Positions 8,053-16,289 of a stretch of 16,344 nucleotides of DNA are shown one piece after another. Position 1 is the stretch's first letter. Each line of letters starts with the position of its first letter. The translations under genes and the position numbers were made by a program. The stretch is taken from positions 1 through 16,344 of the forward strand of contig NZ_JAQFIQ010000050.1 of the NCBI RefSeq assembly GCF_029504745.1, given 5' to 3'. The DNA is from Breznakia sp. PF5-3 (lineage in GTDB: Bacteria; Bacillota_I; Bacilli_A; Erysipelotrichales; Erysipelotrichaceae). A model generated the notes under the pieces. It saw only the letters and a list, made by a program, of their open reading frames with translations. It was not told where the DNA came from and did no database searches.

Positions 8053-9348
8053 ATGGACAAAAGGATGAATAAGGTTGAAGAAGATACAATCGTAAAAGCA
8101 CAGGCGGGCGATACGGATGCGTTTTCAGAAATATACAAGGTATATTATAATAGAGTTTATTTTATTGCTTATCAATATTATCGAGATAGCGAAACAGCAA
8201 AAGATATTGTACAAGAAGTGTTTATAAGAGTTTATAGAAAAATTAAGCAATTAAAAGAACCAGTAACATTTAATGCATGGCTTGGGAAAGTGACTTACTC
8301 TATTTGTGTTAATCATAAAAGAGGAAAGCTGAAAACAATTGATTTAGGAGACACTATGGATATTGAAGACTTTGGTGATCATAATCATGTATCTGTGGAA
8401 GAGGTTTTAGAAAATCAAAGAATTAAAGAAACTATATTTGAATCTTTGGAGACGATGAGTGCACCATTAAAAAGTGTAGGGTTATTGCGTTATTATCAAG
8501 AATTTTCAATTAATGAGATAGCTGATATATTAGATATCCCCCATGGAACTGTAACTTCAAGGATAAATAGAATTAAGAAGATTCTAAAAGTAGATTTGGA
8601 GAATAAAGGAATAACACCAAAAAACTATATGTTGGTAATATCGCCATCATTGCTATGTGCTGCTTATCAAGAATTGAGTAATAAGTATGTTCTTAATCAG
8701 GCAAGTAGCAATAATATTTTAGATAGTATTTTACATAGCCCCAAATTACTGTTAGCAGGGCTTTTTCCAAAGATAGCAACTGTAGGTGTTTTGAGTGCTG
8801 CAATAACAACAGGAATGCTGTTAACAAGAGATACATCATCATCGGTTTCTGCAGATGTTATTGCTCCTCCATATTCGCGCGAGATGATGATTGTGGAAAC
8901 GGCAAAAATAGAAGAAATTAGCTATGATAAAAATTGGACCAATAAGGCTATTAAGCTAAATATTACAACATCAAATGATAACTATGACCAAATTACAATA
9001 AATGATGAAGTAACAGATATGATTAGTGAAAATGGAAATTATAAGATTCAATTAAGGAAAGATGGAAAGGTAATCGATGAAAAACGGATTAAAGTATCCA
9101 ACATAGATATTCATAGTCCAAATGGAACATATAAGCAAAGCGAAAATACATTTACATATCATTTGAATGATGATTTATCACAAATTGATCCAACAAGCAT
9201 TCGCTTTTATAAAGATGGTGTACCAAGCGAAGAATATCATTACAATGTAGAAGATAATGTATTAACAATTCTCAGTGTTGGAGATACAATAGATACATTT
9301 TTTATCAGTGATCAAGCAGGAAATGAACTGGAAATTATAATTAAATAG
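8053..9348 (+). CDS. ECF-type sigma-70 factor fused to a transmembrane helix and an extracytoplasmic C-terminal domain (sigma/anti-sigma-like single polypeptide)
   Basis: Region 2: DAFSEIYKVYYNRVYFIAYQYYRDSETAKDIVQEVFIRVY...FNAWLGKVTYSICVNHKR. Region 4: LLRYYQEFSINEIADILDIPHGTVTSRINRIKKIL (nt ~8053-8610). A ~50-aa linker follows, then a hydrophobic helix LLLAGLFPKIATVGVLSAAITTGMLL (~8746-8826), then a ~170-aa beta-rich domain (8827-9345). The frame is continuous with no stop at the junction. AGGAGG lies 11 nt before the ATG. Confidence 0.8.
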   Translation: MDKRMNKVEEDTIVKAQAGDTDAFSEIYKVYYNRVYFIAYQYYRDSETAKDIVQEVFIRVYRKIKQLKEPVTFNAWLGKVTYSICVNHKRGKLKTIDLGDTMDIEDFGDHNHVSVEEVLENQRIKETIFESLETMSAPLKSVGLLRYYQEFSINEIADILDIPHGTVTSRINRIKKILKVDLENKGITPKNYMLVISPSLLCAAYQELSNKYVLNQASSNNILDSILHSPKLLLAGLFPKIATVGVLSAAITTGMLLTRDTSSSVSADVIAPPYSREMMIVETAKIEEISYDKNWTNKAIKLNITTSNDNYDQITINDEVTDMISENGNYKIQLRKDGKVIDEKRIKVSNIDIHSPNGTYKQSENTFTYHLNDDLSQIDPTSIRFYKDGVPSEEYHYNVEDNVLTILSVGDTIDTFFISDQAGNELEIIIK

Positions 9349-9370
9349 ATTAAAATACGGAGGAAATAAG

Positions 9371-10462
9371 ATGAAGAAAAAAGTAATATCATTATTTATA
9401 TTAAGCATTATATGTGGAGTGTTTTTTGTAGGTGAGACAAGTGGAGTAAGTGCAGATTCGGAAATTGATACAGATGTAGAATTTCACAATTTAACAAATC
9501 CAGGTAGAGCATTTACAGAGGATGATGAAATCCAAGTAAAAATTACAATGAGCTCAGAACGTAAGCTCAAAAACATTTATTTAAGTATGGAATGTGTAAA
9601 CTATGAAATTTTAGATGGAAGTATAAGTTTTTCAGAGCCGCTTTCAAGCTATGGGATACAAAGCGATGGATCATATGAATTTAAGATTAGTACAATGGAA
9701 GCTGATACAAAGTATACGTTAATATACACAATTCGTTTTACAGGAACGGTTGGAAGCAATGTTGAAATGATTGCACCAGCTTCGTTTGGATATCGAGGAA
9801 CATACAGTGTTGGAGGAATATTTGGAGGTGCCAATGTACAATATGCAGGTACAGAAATTTATGCAGCACCACAAAAACAAATTCAAAAGACCTCTAAGAA
9901 CCTTACTAGTGTAGATGGGACAAATAACGTTGGGGATATGGTTGAATACACAATTGTAGTAAAAAACAATGCAACAAATGCATCTTTGTGGGATAAGATT
10001 AATGTATATGATTATTTACCTTTAGGAATGAGTATTGATACAAATACGATTACTGTAAATGGAAGTAATATTAGTAATTATGTAGAAAAAAACAATGGAG
10101 ATATTATAATTCCATTGAATAATCTAACAAATGGTCAATCCGCAACGATTACATATCGTGGAATAATATTAGATTCAGCAGTTTCAAAAACAATTATTAA
10201 TACTGCCGAAGTAGATACATTAAAAGCAAAAGATAATGGTCTTTATGTATCTGCAAAAGAAAAACCAAGTGTTGTCCCAGATAAAGATGATTCGACAAAT
10301 AATAAAACAACAATTATGAAGCCTAGTGTAGCAAATCCCAAAGCTGCTAGTGGAAGTACAGTTAATACTGCAGATACAACAAATACATCATTGTTATTGT
10401 TATTAATGGGTGTAAGCTCTATTAGTGCATTGATGATGTTGAGAAAGCAAAAAAGATCTTAG
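9371..10462 (+). CDS. Secreted cell-surface protein with DUF11-type repeat domain(s) and a C-terminal anchor signal
   Basis: Signal peptide MKKKVISLFILSIICGVFFVGETSGVSA. Canonical DUF11/conserved-repeat pattern: VGDMVEYTIVVKNNATNASLWDKINVYDYLPLGMSID...GQSATITYRGII. A degenerate copy lies upstream. Ser/Thr/Pro/Lys-rich stalk. C-terminus is VNTAD + LLLLLMGVSSISALMML + RKQKRS. GGAGG RBS; 22 nt after the sigma gene. Confidence 0.7.
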   Translation: MKKKVISLFILSIICGVFFVGETSGVSADSEIDTDVEFHNLTNPGRAFTEDDEIQVKITMSSERKLKNIYLSMECVNYEILDGSISFSEPLSSYGIQSDGSYEFKISTMEADTKYTLIYTIRFTGTVGSNVEMIAPASFGYRGTYSVGGIFGGANVQYAGTEIYAAPQKQIQKTSKNLTSVDGTNNVGDMVEYTIVVKNNATNASLWDKINVYDYLPLGMSIDTNTITVNGSNISNYVEKNNGDIIIPLNNLTNGQSATITYRGIILDSAVSKTIINTAEVDTLKAKDNGLYVSAKEKPSVVPDKDDSTNNKTTIMKPSVANPKAASGSTVNTADTTNTSLLLLLMGVSSISALMMLRKQKRS

Positions 10463-10478
10463 GATCTTTTTTTGTTTT
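10449..10478 (+). terminator. Weak hairpin/T-run overlapping the stop codon, possibly a partial terminator
   Basis: AAAAAAGATC (10449-10458), loop TTAG (includes stop TAG 10460-10462), GATCTTTTTT (10463-10472), then TGTTTT. The stem is almost all A-T, so termination is probably leaky. Confidence 0.4.
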
Positions 10479-10608
10479 AAAATGACAATTATACTTTTGA
10501 TTGTTTACAATTGTCAGAAATATTGGTTACTTTTGTAAAGTGCTTTTTGTAAGCTCTTTCATTTATAATGTGAATATAGACGCAATGTTTATTGAGGAGG
10601 AGCAAGAT

Positions 10609-13600
10609 ATGTATACAAAGAAACTGTATAAAGTAGGGTATGTTTTCATTTGTACGTTGCTAATCGTATCATCATTTTATAGTAATACGATTAGTTTAGA
10701 AGCAAGTGATATTCGTGATGATATTCGCGAAGTCGTTGAAGAAGGAACATTCACAAAAGGATCAAATGGGGAAATCCTTAAGGATTTTACTTCACAAAAT
10801 GGGACATTACAAAAAAATGAGGGAGAGATCACCCTTTCAAAGGAAGCAGGAGATCATTTTGTCGCTTATGATGCAGATAAGCGCTATAAAAGTTTTATCT
10901 ATGAGGCGGATGTTGATGTTTTGGATGGACCTAGTGCAGCATTATTAGTAGGAATAAAAAATAAGGATAATGTGAGCGCGGAAACATGGTATGGAGCAAA
11001 TTTTAATACCAATGATTTTGATAATACAGCTAGATTGTTTAAAGTTAATGATTTTCAAGAATACTTTAAAGTAAATAAAGATGATGCTACAGCGATTGTA
11101 GATTTTAATCAAACACTTCATTTGTCAATTGAATTTAAAGAAAATGGAGATTTTATATATAAATTATCTAATAAGGGAAGCAATCAAGTATTAGAAAAAA
11201 GCGGAAATGTGGCAGGATGGGAAGGCGGATATGTAGGTTTGCTTACCTTTGATACAGAAGCAAAATATTCTAACATAAAACTTTTAGATACATCACTTTC
11301 AAATTCGCAGTCTTTGTTTAAAACAGATTTATCTAATCTGCATGCAAAAGAAGGTGCATGGAGTGTGCAAGGAAACGGGTTACAAAGTGTTTCTGAAGAT
11401 TATAAAGATGCAATTTTACTTTCTGATGCAACAGCGAAAAATTTTGTATATCGTGCAGATGTAAAATTTAATGAACGTAAAGATACAGCTGCTTCATTAG
11501 TCTTTAGAGCTGATAGTGATATGAATAACAAAAATATGTATGTAGCAAATCTGAATGCACAATCCGGAGAAGCACGTATCTTTAAGTTTGAAGATGGAAG
11601 AGCATTAGATTTGGTTCAATCTCAAAAAATAAAATTAAATGATAAAAATGAATATCATTTAAAAGTAACAGCAATTGATAAGCATTTTGTCTTCTACATT
11701 AATGGAGAGTTAGTGCTGAACACAGCAGACTATACGATGGGAAGTGTTGGTGGACAAAATGATGCCCTTCTTGATGGACAATTAGGGCTTATGACATGGA
11801 ATGGTAATGTTACATATCAAAATGTAGAATTTATGGAACTTGATGATACAACAACACCTACATTAAGCCAATTATCGATTGTACCAAATGGAACGATTGA
11901 TCAAGATTTGAAATTTGCAGATGGTCAATATGTATATATTGGATATGTGAAAAATGATACAACATCAATAGCTCTTGATGCGACTAAGAAAAATAGTAAT
12001 ACGGATTTGGTTGTAACAAATGCTAATGGGGATGTATTAGATATCAACAATTTACCTGTAACACTAGGAAAAAATGTGTTTACGATTACAGCAAGTAATG
12101 GAAATGCAAAACTTGTGTATCGCGTAATGGTGCATAAACGTCTTCCAGATGCAAATTACTATAATGAAGATTATCGTGGACAATACCATTATTCAGTAAA
12201 AGAAGGATGGGCGAATGATCCAAATGGTATGGTTTATTATAATGGGAAATATCATTTATTTTATCAATTTTATAATGATACAAATTGGGGGCCAATGCAT
12301 TGGGCACATGCAACTAGTAGTGATTTGATTCATTGGGATGAACAACCAATTGAATTTTATCCAGATGAATATGGAACGATGTTTTCAGGGTGTGCTGTAA
12401 TTGATGAAGGTAATACATCAGGATTGTTTAGTAGTAATGCGGGTGGATTGGTTGCCTTAATTACTACCGATGGAAATGGACAAAGAGTAATAGCTGCATA
12501 TAGTGAAGATGGAGAAACTTGGGAAAAAGCAGAAGGTGTTGCAATTGATTGGACAGAAGATTCTTTACAATCAGAAGCATTCCGTGATCCAAAGGTTTTC
12601 CGTTACGAAGGAAAATGGTTTATGGTCATTGCAGGAGGCCAATTAAGAATTTATTCTTCTGATAATTTATTAGATTGGACAGAAGAATCTGTTTATCCAA
12701 ACTTGCATACAGAATGCCCTGATTTATATCCACTTGAAGTAGTAGATGAGCAAGGTGTAAAAACAGGAGAAAGTAAATGGGTATTGGATAGAGGTGGACG
12801 CCAATATAAGGTAGGAGACTTTAAGCAAGTAGATGGTAATTGGGAATTTGTTCCTGATGATGCATATAAGAGTAATAATGATGCAAAAGGAATGGGACAT
12901 CATGATGTAGATGGAATTATGAATTTTGGAAAAGATTCTTATGCAGCAATGACATATTATATGGGTGATTTTGGAACAAGCACATCAATGAATCATCAAC
13001 GAATTATTGCGATAAACTGGATGAATACGTGGGAAGATTATTGTAATTTAGTAGATGATGCATCTAATAATACGGTATTCAATGGTACTTTTAATTTACA
13101 GTTGGAATTATCATTGACCAAAAATGATAATGGTGACTATGTATTACGTCAAGTACCAATTAAGGAATATGAGGATTTACGTGATACAGAGATAAAATAT
13201 GAAAATGTTGAGGTAACAGAAGGAAAAAATATTTTAGCAGACTTTAAAGGTGATACATATGAGGTAGTGGCAAACTTCAAACCACAATCTGGTACAAAAG
13301 AAGTAGGTTTTAAAGCACGTACTGGAAACAATCAAGAAACAGTAGTGAAATACAATTTTGAAACACAAAAAATTACTATTGATCGTTCAAAATCAGGAGC
13401 ATATCCAACAGCGAAATTCTTGGAAGTGGATGAGCAAAGAGTAAAAGTAAATGATGATGGTTCAATTGATTTGCATATTTATGTAGATAAAGCGAGTATT
13501 GAAGTATTCACAAAGGATTATACAGTTACTGGAGCAAATCAAATATTTCCAAACCCAACAAGTTTAGGGGCAGAAGTATTTTGTGTTGGTGAAGCAGCAA

Positions 13601-15048
13601 CAGCCAATATTACGATTTATTCTATGGAATCTATTTGGACAGACAAAGTTATTCCAACACAACCAATTGCAATTGGATTGAGTGATCATGAAAAAAATAT
13701 ATACGTTGATGATCAATTTGATTTAGATGCTTGGGTAACACCACTTAATGTGAGCCAAGATGTAGAATGGAAAGTAGAAGATGAAAATATCTTAAGTGTT
13801 ACACCAGCTACAAAAGAAAACCGTATGAAAGTAACTGCACTGAGTGCAGGGACTACGAAGATAACTGTAGCAAGTAAAACCAATCCAGAAATTAAAGCAG
13901 AATGTATAGTGAATGTTAGGGTAGATAATTTCCAAACAAATTTAAGTGGGTATACAGCTAATGGAGGAACATGGTACATAGATGATACATATTATCATGG
14001 AATAGATAGTGGAAATGCGTTTATGTTTGCTGAAAATAGAGCAACGATAGATACGTATACCTATGAAAGTGATGTGCTATATAAGAATGGAATTGTAAAT
14101 GTTATCTTTGCTTCTCAGACAACGAATGTATGGGACGGATGTTATGCTGTGCAATTAGTTGATAACAAAGTAAGACTATTTGACTTCAAAGGTGATTATA
14201 CATTTGCTGAAACATTTACATTGAAAAAAGCAAGTGATGATATTTATCATGTTGAGATAGATGTTGAAGGTGATAGGATTATTGTGAAGGTTAATGGAGA
14301 GCAATATATAGATCATACATTAAGCAATGCAGAGCAATCTAGAAGTTATCGTAATGGTTTATTTGGTATGGGAATTTATAATGCTCATGCACAATTTGCC
14401 AATGTCTTTGTTACAACATCTGCACCAGCAACACAAGTGATAGATACCTTTGATACGATTGAAATGACATTTGATAAAAGCTTGGATGATTTAAAAGCAG
14501 TATTAGCTACAGAAGCTAGTGTTGCCTGTGATGCTGGGATTGTGAAAAAAGAAAAAGAAACAATCACATGGGATTTAAGTGGTGTTAATATGGAAATTCC
14601 AGGAGTTTATGAAATTACAGGGAAAACAGCATCCAACTTAGAAGTTAGTGTACAACTTGTAATTAAGGCAGATAAGCAATCTATGTTGCCACCAATGGAG
14701 GCGTACAAAGACTTGGATAAAACATTGTATACAAGGGAAAGTGTAGAGATCTATACAGAAGCTTACTTTGAAGCACTTCTTATATACAACAATCCAAATG
14801 CTACTTATTCGCAAATGTTAAGTGCAATTGAACAATTGCAGCAAGCAAGAGAAGGATTAGAAAAATTAAGTACAACGCCTGATAAAAAGCCTAATGATGA
14901 TGGTAAGCCTGCTACAAAACCAACTGATTCAATTGAAAAAGGAAATGGAGTTATGTCAGGAGATAACAGTAATGTCTTTGGATATATGATACTTTTGATT
15001 AGTAGTGTAATAATTCTTGCATTTGCTCGAAAGAAAGTAAAAGAATAA
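10609..15048 (+). CDS. Large multidomain cell-surface GH32 beta-fructosidase (levanase/inulinase/fructanase-like)
   Basis: Start is ATG 10609, preceded by GAGGAGGAG (10594-10602), and followed by a signal/TM segment YKVGYVFICTLLIVSSFY. GH32 catalytic motifs: WANDPNG (Asp codon 12217-12219), FRDPKVF (Asp 12586-12588) and ECPDL (Glu 12712-12714). Approximate domain order in nt: two ConA/LamG-like modules (10740-11850), cadherin-like sandwich (11860-12140), GH32 propeller plus C-terminal sandwich (12160-13640), Big_2 Ig-like (13660-13925), third ConA-like module (13930-14420), Ig-like (14430-14680), FIVAR-like helical (14690-14870), Pro/Lys linker, then anchor signal VMSGD + hydrophobic helix + RKKVKE. 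Confidence 0.9.
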   Translation: MYTKKLYKVGYVFICTLLIVSSFYSNTISLEASDIRDDIREVVEEGTFTKGSNGEILKDFTSQNGTLQKNEGEITLSKEAGDHFVAYDADKRYKSFIYEADVDVLDGPSAALLVGIKNKDNVSAETWYGANFNTNDFDNTARLFKVNDFQEYFKVNKDDATAIVDFNQTLHLSIEFKENGDFIYKLSNKGSNQVLEKSGNVAGWEGGYVGLLTFDTEAKYSNIKLLDTSLSNSQSLFKTDLSNLHAKEGAWSVQGNGLQSVSEDYKDAILLSDATAKNFVYRADVKFNERKDTAASLVFRADSDMNNKNMYVANLNAQSGEARIFKFEDGRALDLVQSQKIKLNDKNEYHLKVTAIDKHFVFYINGELVLNTADYTMGSVGGQNDALLDGQLGLMTWNGNVTYQNVEFMELDDTTTPTLSQLSIVPNGTIDQDLKFADGQYVYIGYVKNDTTSIALDATKKNSNTDLVVTNANGDVLDINNLPVTLGKNVFTITASNGNAKLVYRVMVHKRLPDANYYNEDYRGQYHYSVKEGWANDPNGMVYYNGKYHLFYQFYNDTNWGPMHWAHATSSDLIHWDEQPIEFYPDEYGTMFSGCAVIDEGNTSGLFSSNAGGLVALITTDGNGQRVIAAYSEDGETWEKAEGVAIDWTEDSLQSEAFRDPKVFRYEGKWFMVIAGGQLRIYSSDNLLDWTEESVYPNLHTECPDLYPLEVVDEQGVKTGESKWVLDRGGRQYKVGDFKQVDGNWEFVPDDAYKSNNDAKGMGHHDVDGIMNFGKDSYAAMTYYMGDFGTSTSMNHQRIIAINWMNTWEDYCNLVDDASNNTVFNGTFNLQLELSLTKNDNGDYVLRQVPIKEYEDLRDTEIKYENVEVTEGKNILADFKGDTYEVVANFKPQSGTKEVGFKARTGNNQETVVKYNFETQKITIDRSKSGAYPTAKFLEVDEQRVKVNDDGSIDLHIYVDKASIEVFTKDYTVTGANQIFPNPTSLGAEVFCVGEAATANITIYSMESIWTDKVIPTQPIAIGLSDHEKNIYVDDQFDLDAWVTPLNVSQDVEWKVEDENILSVTPATKENRMKVTALSAGTTKITVASKTNPEIKAECIVNVRVDNFQTNLSGYTANGGTWYIDDTYYHGIDSGNAFMFAENRATIDTYTYESDVLYKNGIVNVIFASQTTNVWDGCYAVQLVDNKVRLFDFKGDYTFAETFTLKKASDDIYHVEIDVEGDRIIVKVNGEQYIDHTLSNAEQSRSYRNGLFGMGIYNAHAQFANVFVTTSAPATQVIDTFDTIEMTFDKSLDDLKAVLATEASVACDAGIVKKEKETITWDLSGVNMEIPGVYEITGKTASNLEVSVQLVIKADKQSMLPPMEAYKDLDKTLYTRESVEIYTEAYFEALLIYNNPNATYSQMLSAIEQLQQAREGLEKLSTTPDKKPNDDGKPATKPTDSIEKGNGVMSGDNSNVFGYMILLISSVIILAFARKKVKE

Positions 15049-15050
15049 TA

Positions 15051-15076
15051 AAAAACAAGCCAATCGGCTTGTTTTT
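15051..15076. terminator. Bidirectional intrinsic terminator
   Basis: AAAAACAAGCC (15051-15061), loop AATC, GGCTTGTTTTT (15066-15076). The GC-containing stem has an A-run on one side and a T-run on the other. It lies between convergent stops at 15048 (+) and 15081 (-). Confidence 0.8.
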
Positions 15077-15080
15077 GCTT

Positions 15081-16106
15081 TTAATATAATTGCATAGGAT
15101 AAGCTAAATATTCTAATTCATCTAGTTTTTCAACGGTTACAAATCCACTAGGGGCATATAATACCGTTGGAATTCGATTCACGATGGTAGCACAAGTATG
15201 TTCAGGTGTTGCTGGTTTCACAACATGGAACTCTGTATCAGGTTCTCCTGTGATTTTCCAATCACACATATCTCCATCATCTGGTCCATATACTTTACCA
15301 ATACATTGCGTTTCGATGATTGGACCTTGGAAAGTTTCGGTTGTAACGACAGCACTCATTCCAATACAGTTTCCTTTTGGAATTGTTGTTCCAAGGGTTT
15401 CTGAATATAAGTCTGTATCATAGAAGTAAGGGACACATTTTTGCGTTTGTTTTTTGATTGTCCAACCTAATTTATTACATAATGCTTCATTTGAATTCCA
15501 AACATAAGATGGTTCTAATACTTCAGGATGAGCAACTGTTTTTTCAAATTCTTCAGGTGTTAATCCAGCACCGTGTGCTTTGGCAAGTGCAAGTCCATAG
15601 TCTTCAACATTATAGCTTACAGCTCCTTCAATTTTGTTAATATTATGCACACCACCAGCTACACAACCAACCATATTAATCCAGTAAATATCTTGCATTC
15701 CTGCACCAACGATAGTACATCCAGTTTCTTTTGCAAGTAGATCCAATTTGTTTGTTAAATCACTTGCTGTTGTCCATGGGTAAATTGCTTCTTCACAAGT
15801 TGTGATAACATTGATTCCACGTTCTACACATTTTTCAAAGTGTGGGTAACAATCTTTCACAAAACTAAATAAAGTAACAATAGCAATATCAGCATCACAA
15901 CTATCTAATACAGCGTCAGCGTCATCACTAATCTTTACACCCAATGTGCCAATTCCTGCAAATTCTCCAACATCTTGTCCAACAACATCAGGATTTACAT
16001 CAATAGCACCAACGATTTCCGCTCCTTTTTCGTAAAGGTAACGAATAATATACTTTGACATCTTTCCACATCCATACTGCACTACTCTAATTTTTTCTTT
16101 GTTCAT
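15081..16106 (-). CDS. NAD(P)-binding oxidoreductase of the DapB-N-terminal-like family (2,4-diaminopentanoate dehydrogenase / native amine dehydrogenase-like)
   Basis: N-terminal Rossmann motif [14 protein letters not shown], then ...GAIDVNP.., ..NVITTCEE.. and ..GAGMQD.. The overall pattern resembles dihydrodipicolinate-reductase-like amine dehydrogenases. The true start is ATG 16106, because AAGGAGG lies inside the longer track ORF (ATG 16127), 9 nt upstream of 16106. The specific substrate cannot be inferred. Confidence 0.6.
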   Translation of the reverse strand: MNKEKIRVVQYGCGKMSKYIIRYLYEKGAEIVGAIDVNPDVVGQDVGEFAGIGTLGVKISDDADAVLDSCDADIAIVTLFSFVKDCYPHFEKCVERGINVITTCEEAIYPWTTASDLTNKLDLLAKETGCTIVGAGMQDIYWINMVGCVAGGVHNINKIEGAVSYNVEDYGLALAKAHGAGLTPEEFEKTVAHPEVLEPSYVWNSNEALCNKLGWTIKKQTQKCVPYFYDTDLYSETLGTTIPKGNCIGMSAVVTTETFQGPIIETQCIGKVYGPDDGDMCDWKITGEPDTEFHVVKPATPEHTCATIVNRIPTVLYAPSGFVTVEKLDELEYLAYPMQLY

Positions 16107-16227
16107 GATTACTGTCCTCCTTAACATGATTCAAATAAAAACGGAATACTATCTACTGCTTTCTGGATAGTTTCTGCTACCCTTAATATAACAAAGATTT
16201 ATAGATAGTAAAAGAAAATCAAATGAT

Positions 16228-16255
16228 ATTATATTTTTAATTGGTTGTAGGTCAA
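16228..16255 (-). promoter_or_regulatory. Strong sigma-A-type promoter for the oxidoreductase gene
   Basis: On the minus strand: TTGACC (complement of 16250-16255), 16 nt, TATAAT (complement of 16228-16233). This predicts a ~115-nt leader before the ATG at 16106. Confidence 0.55.
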
Positions 16256-16260
16256 TTTGC

Positions 16261-16289
16261 AGAGAAAGTTCCTTATTAGAGAAAGTTCC
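16261..16289. repeat. Two perfect 12-bp direct repeats (AGAGAAAGTTCC; GGAACTTTCTCT on the minus strand) with a 17-bp period, 5 bp upstream of the -35
   Basis: Copies at 16261-16272 and 16278-16289 are identical. An additional inverted half AAAGTTC (16282-16288) / GAACTTT (16300-16306) lies nearby. The position is typical of an activator (response-regulator/AraC-type) binding site. Confidence 0.5.

Noticed and set aside
10531-10548. cre (CcpA)-like sequence TTGTAAAGTGCTTTTTG upstream of the GH32 gene.
   Set aside because: It is a poor match to TGWAANCGNTNWCA: the central CG and the right arm do not fit.
10501-10608. The ORF track begins the GH32 protein at TTG 10501, adding a 36-aa N-terminal extension (MFTIVRNIGYFCKV...).
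   Set aside because: ATG 10609 has a strong GAGGAGGAG RBS 8 nt upstream and is directly followed by a signal-peptide-like segment. The extension overlaps promoter-like DNA (TATAAT 10564-10569) and has no RBS.
16107-16127. ATG 16127 as the start of the oxidoreductase ([12 protein letters not shown]...).
   Set aside because: The AAGGAGG Shine-Dalgarno sequence lies inside this extension, 9 nt before ATG 16106. The Rossmann motif then sits at the normal N-terminal position.
16242-16260. Sigma-54-like TGG...TTGCA string (TGGTTGTAGGTCAATTTGCA, plus strand).
   Set aside because: The GG-to-GC spacing does not fit the -24/-12 consensus for either GG. It also points out of the window, away from any gene.
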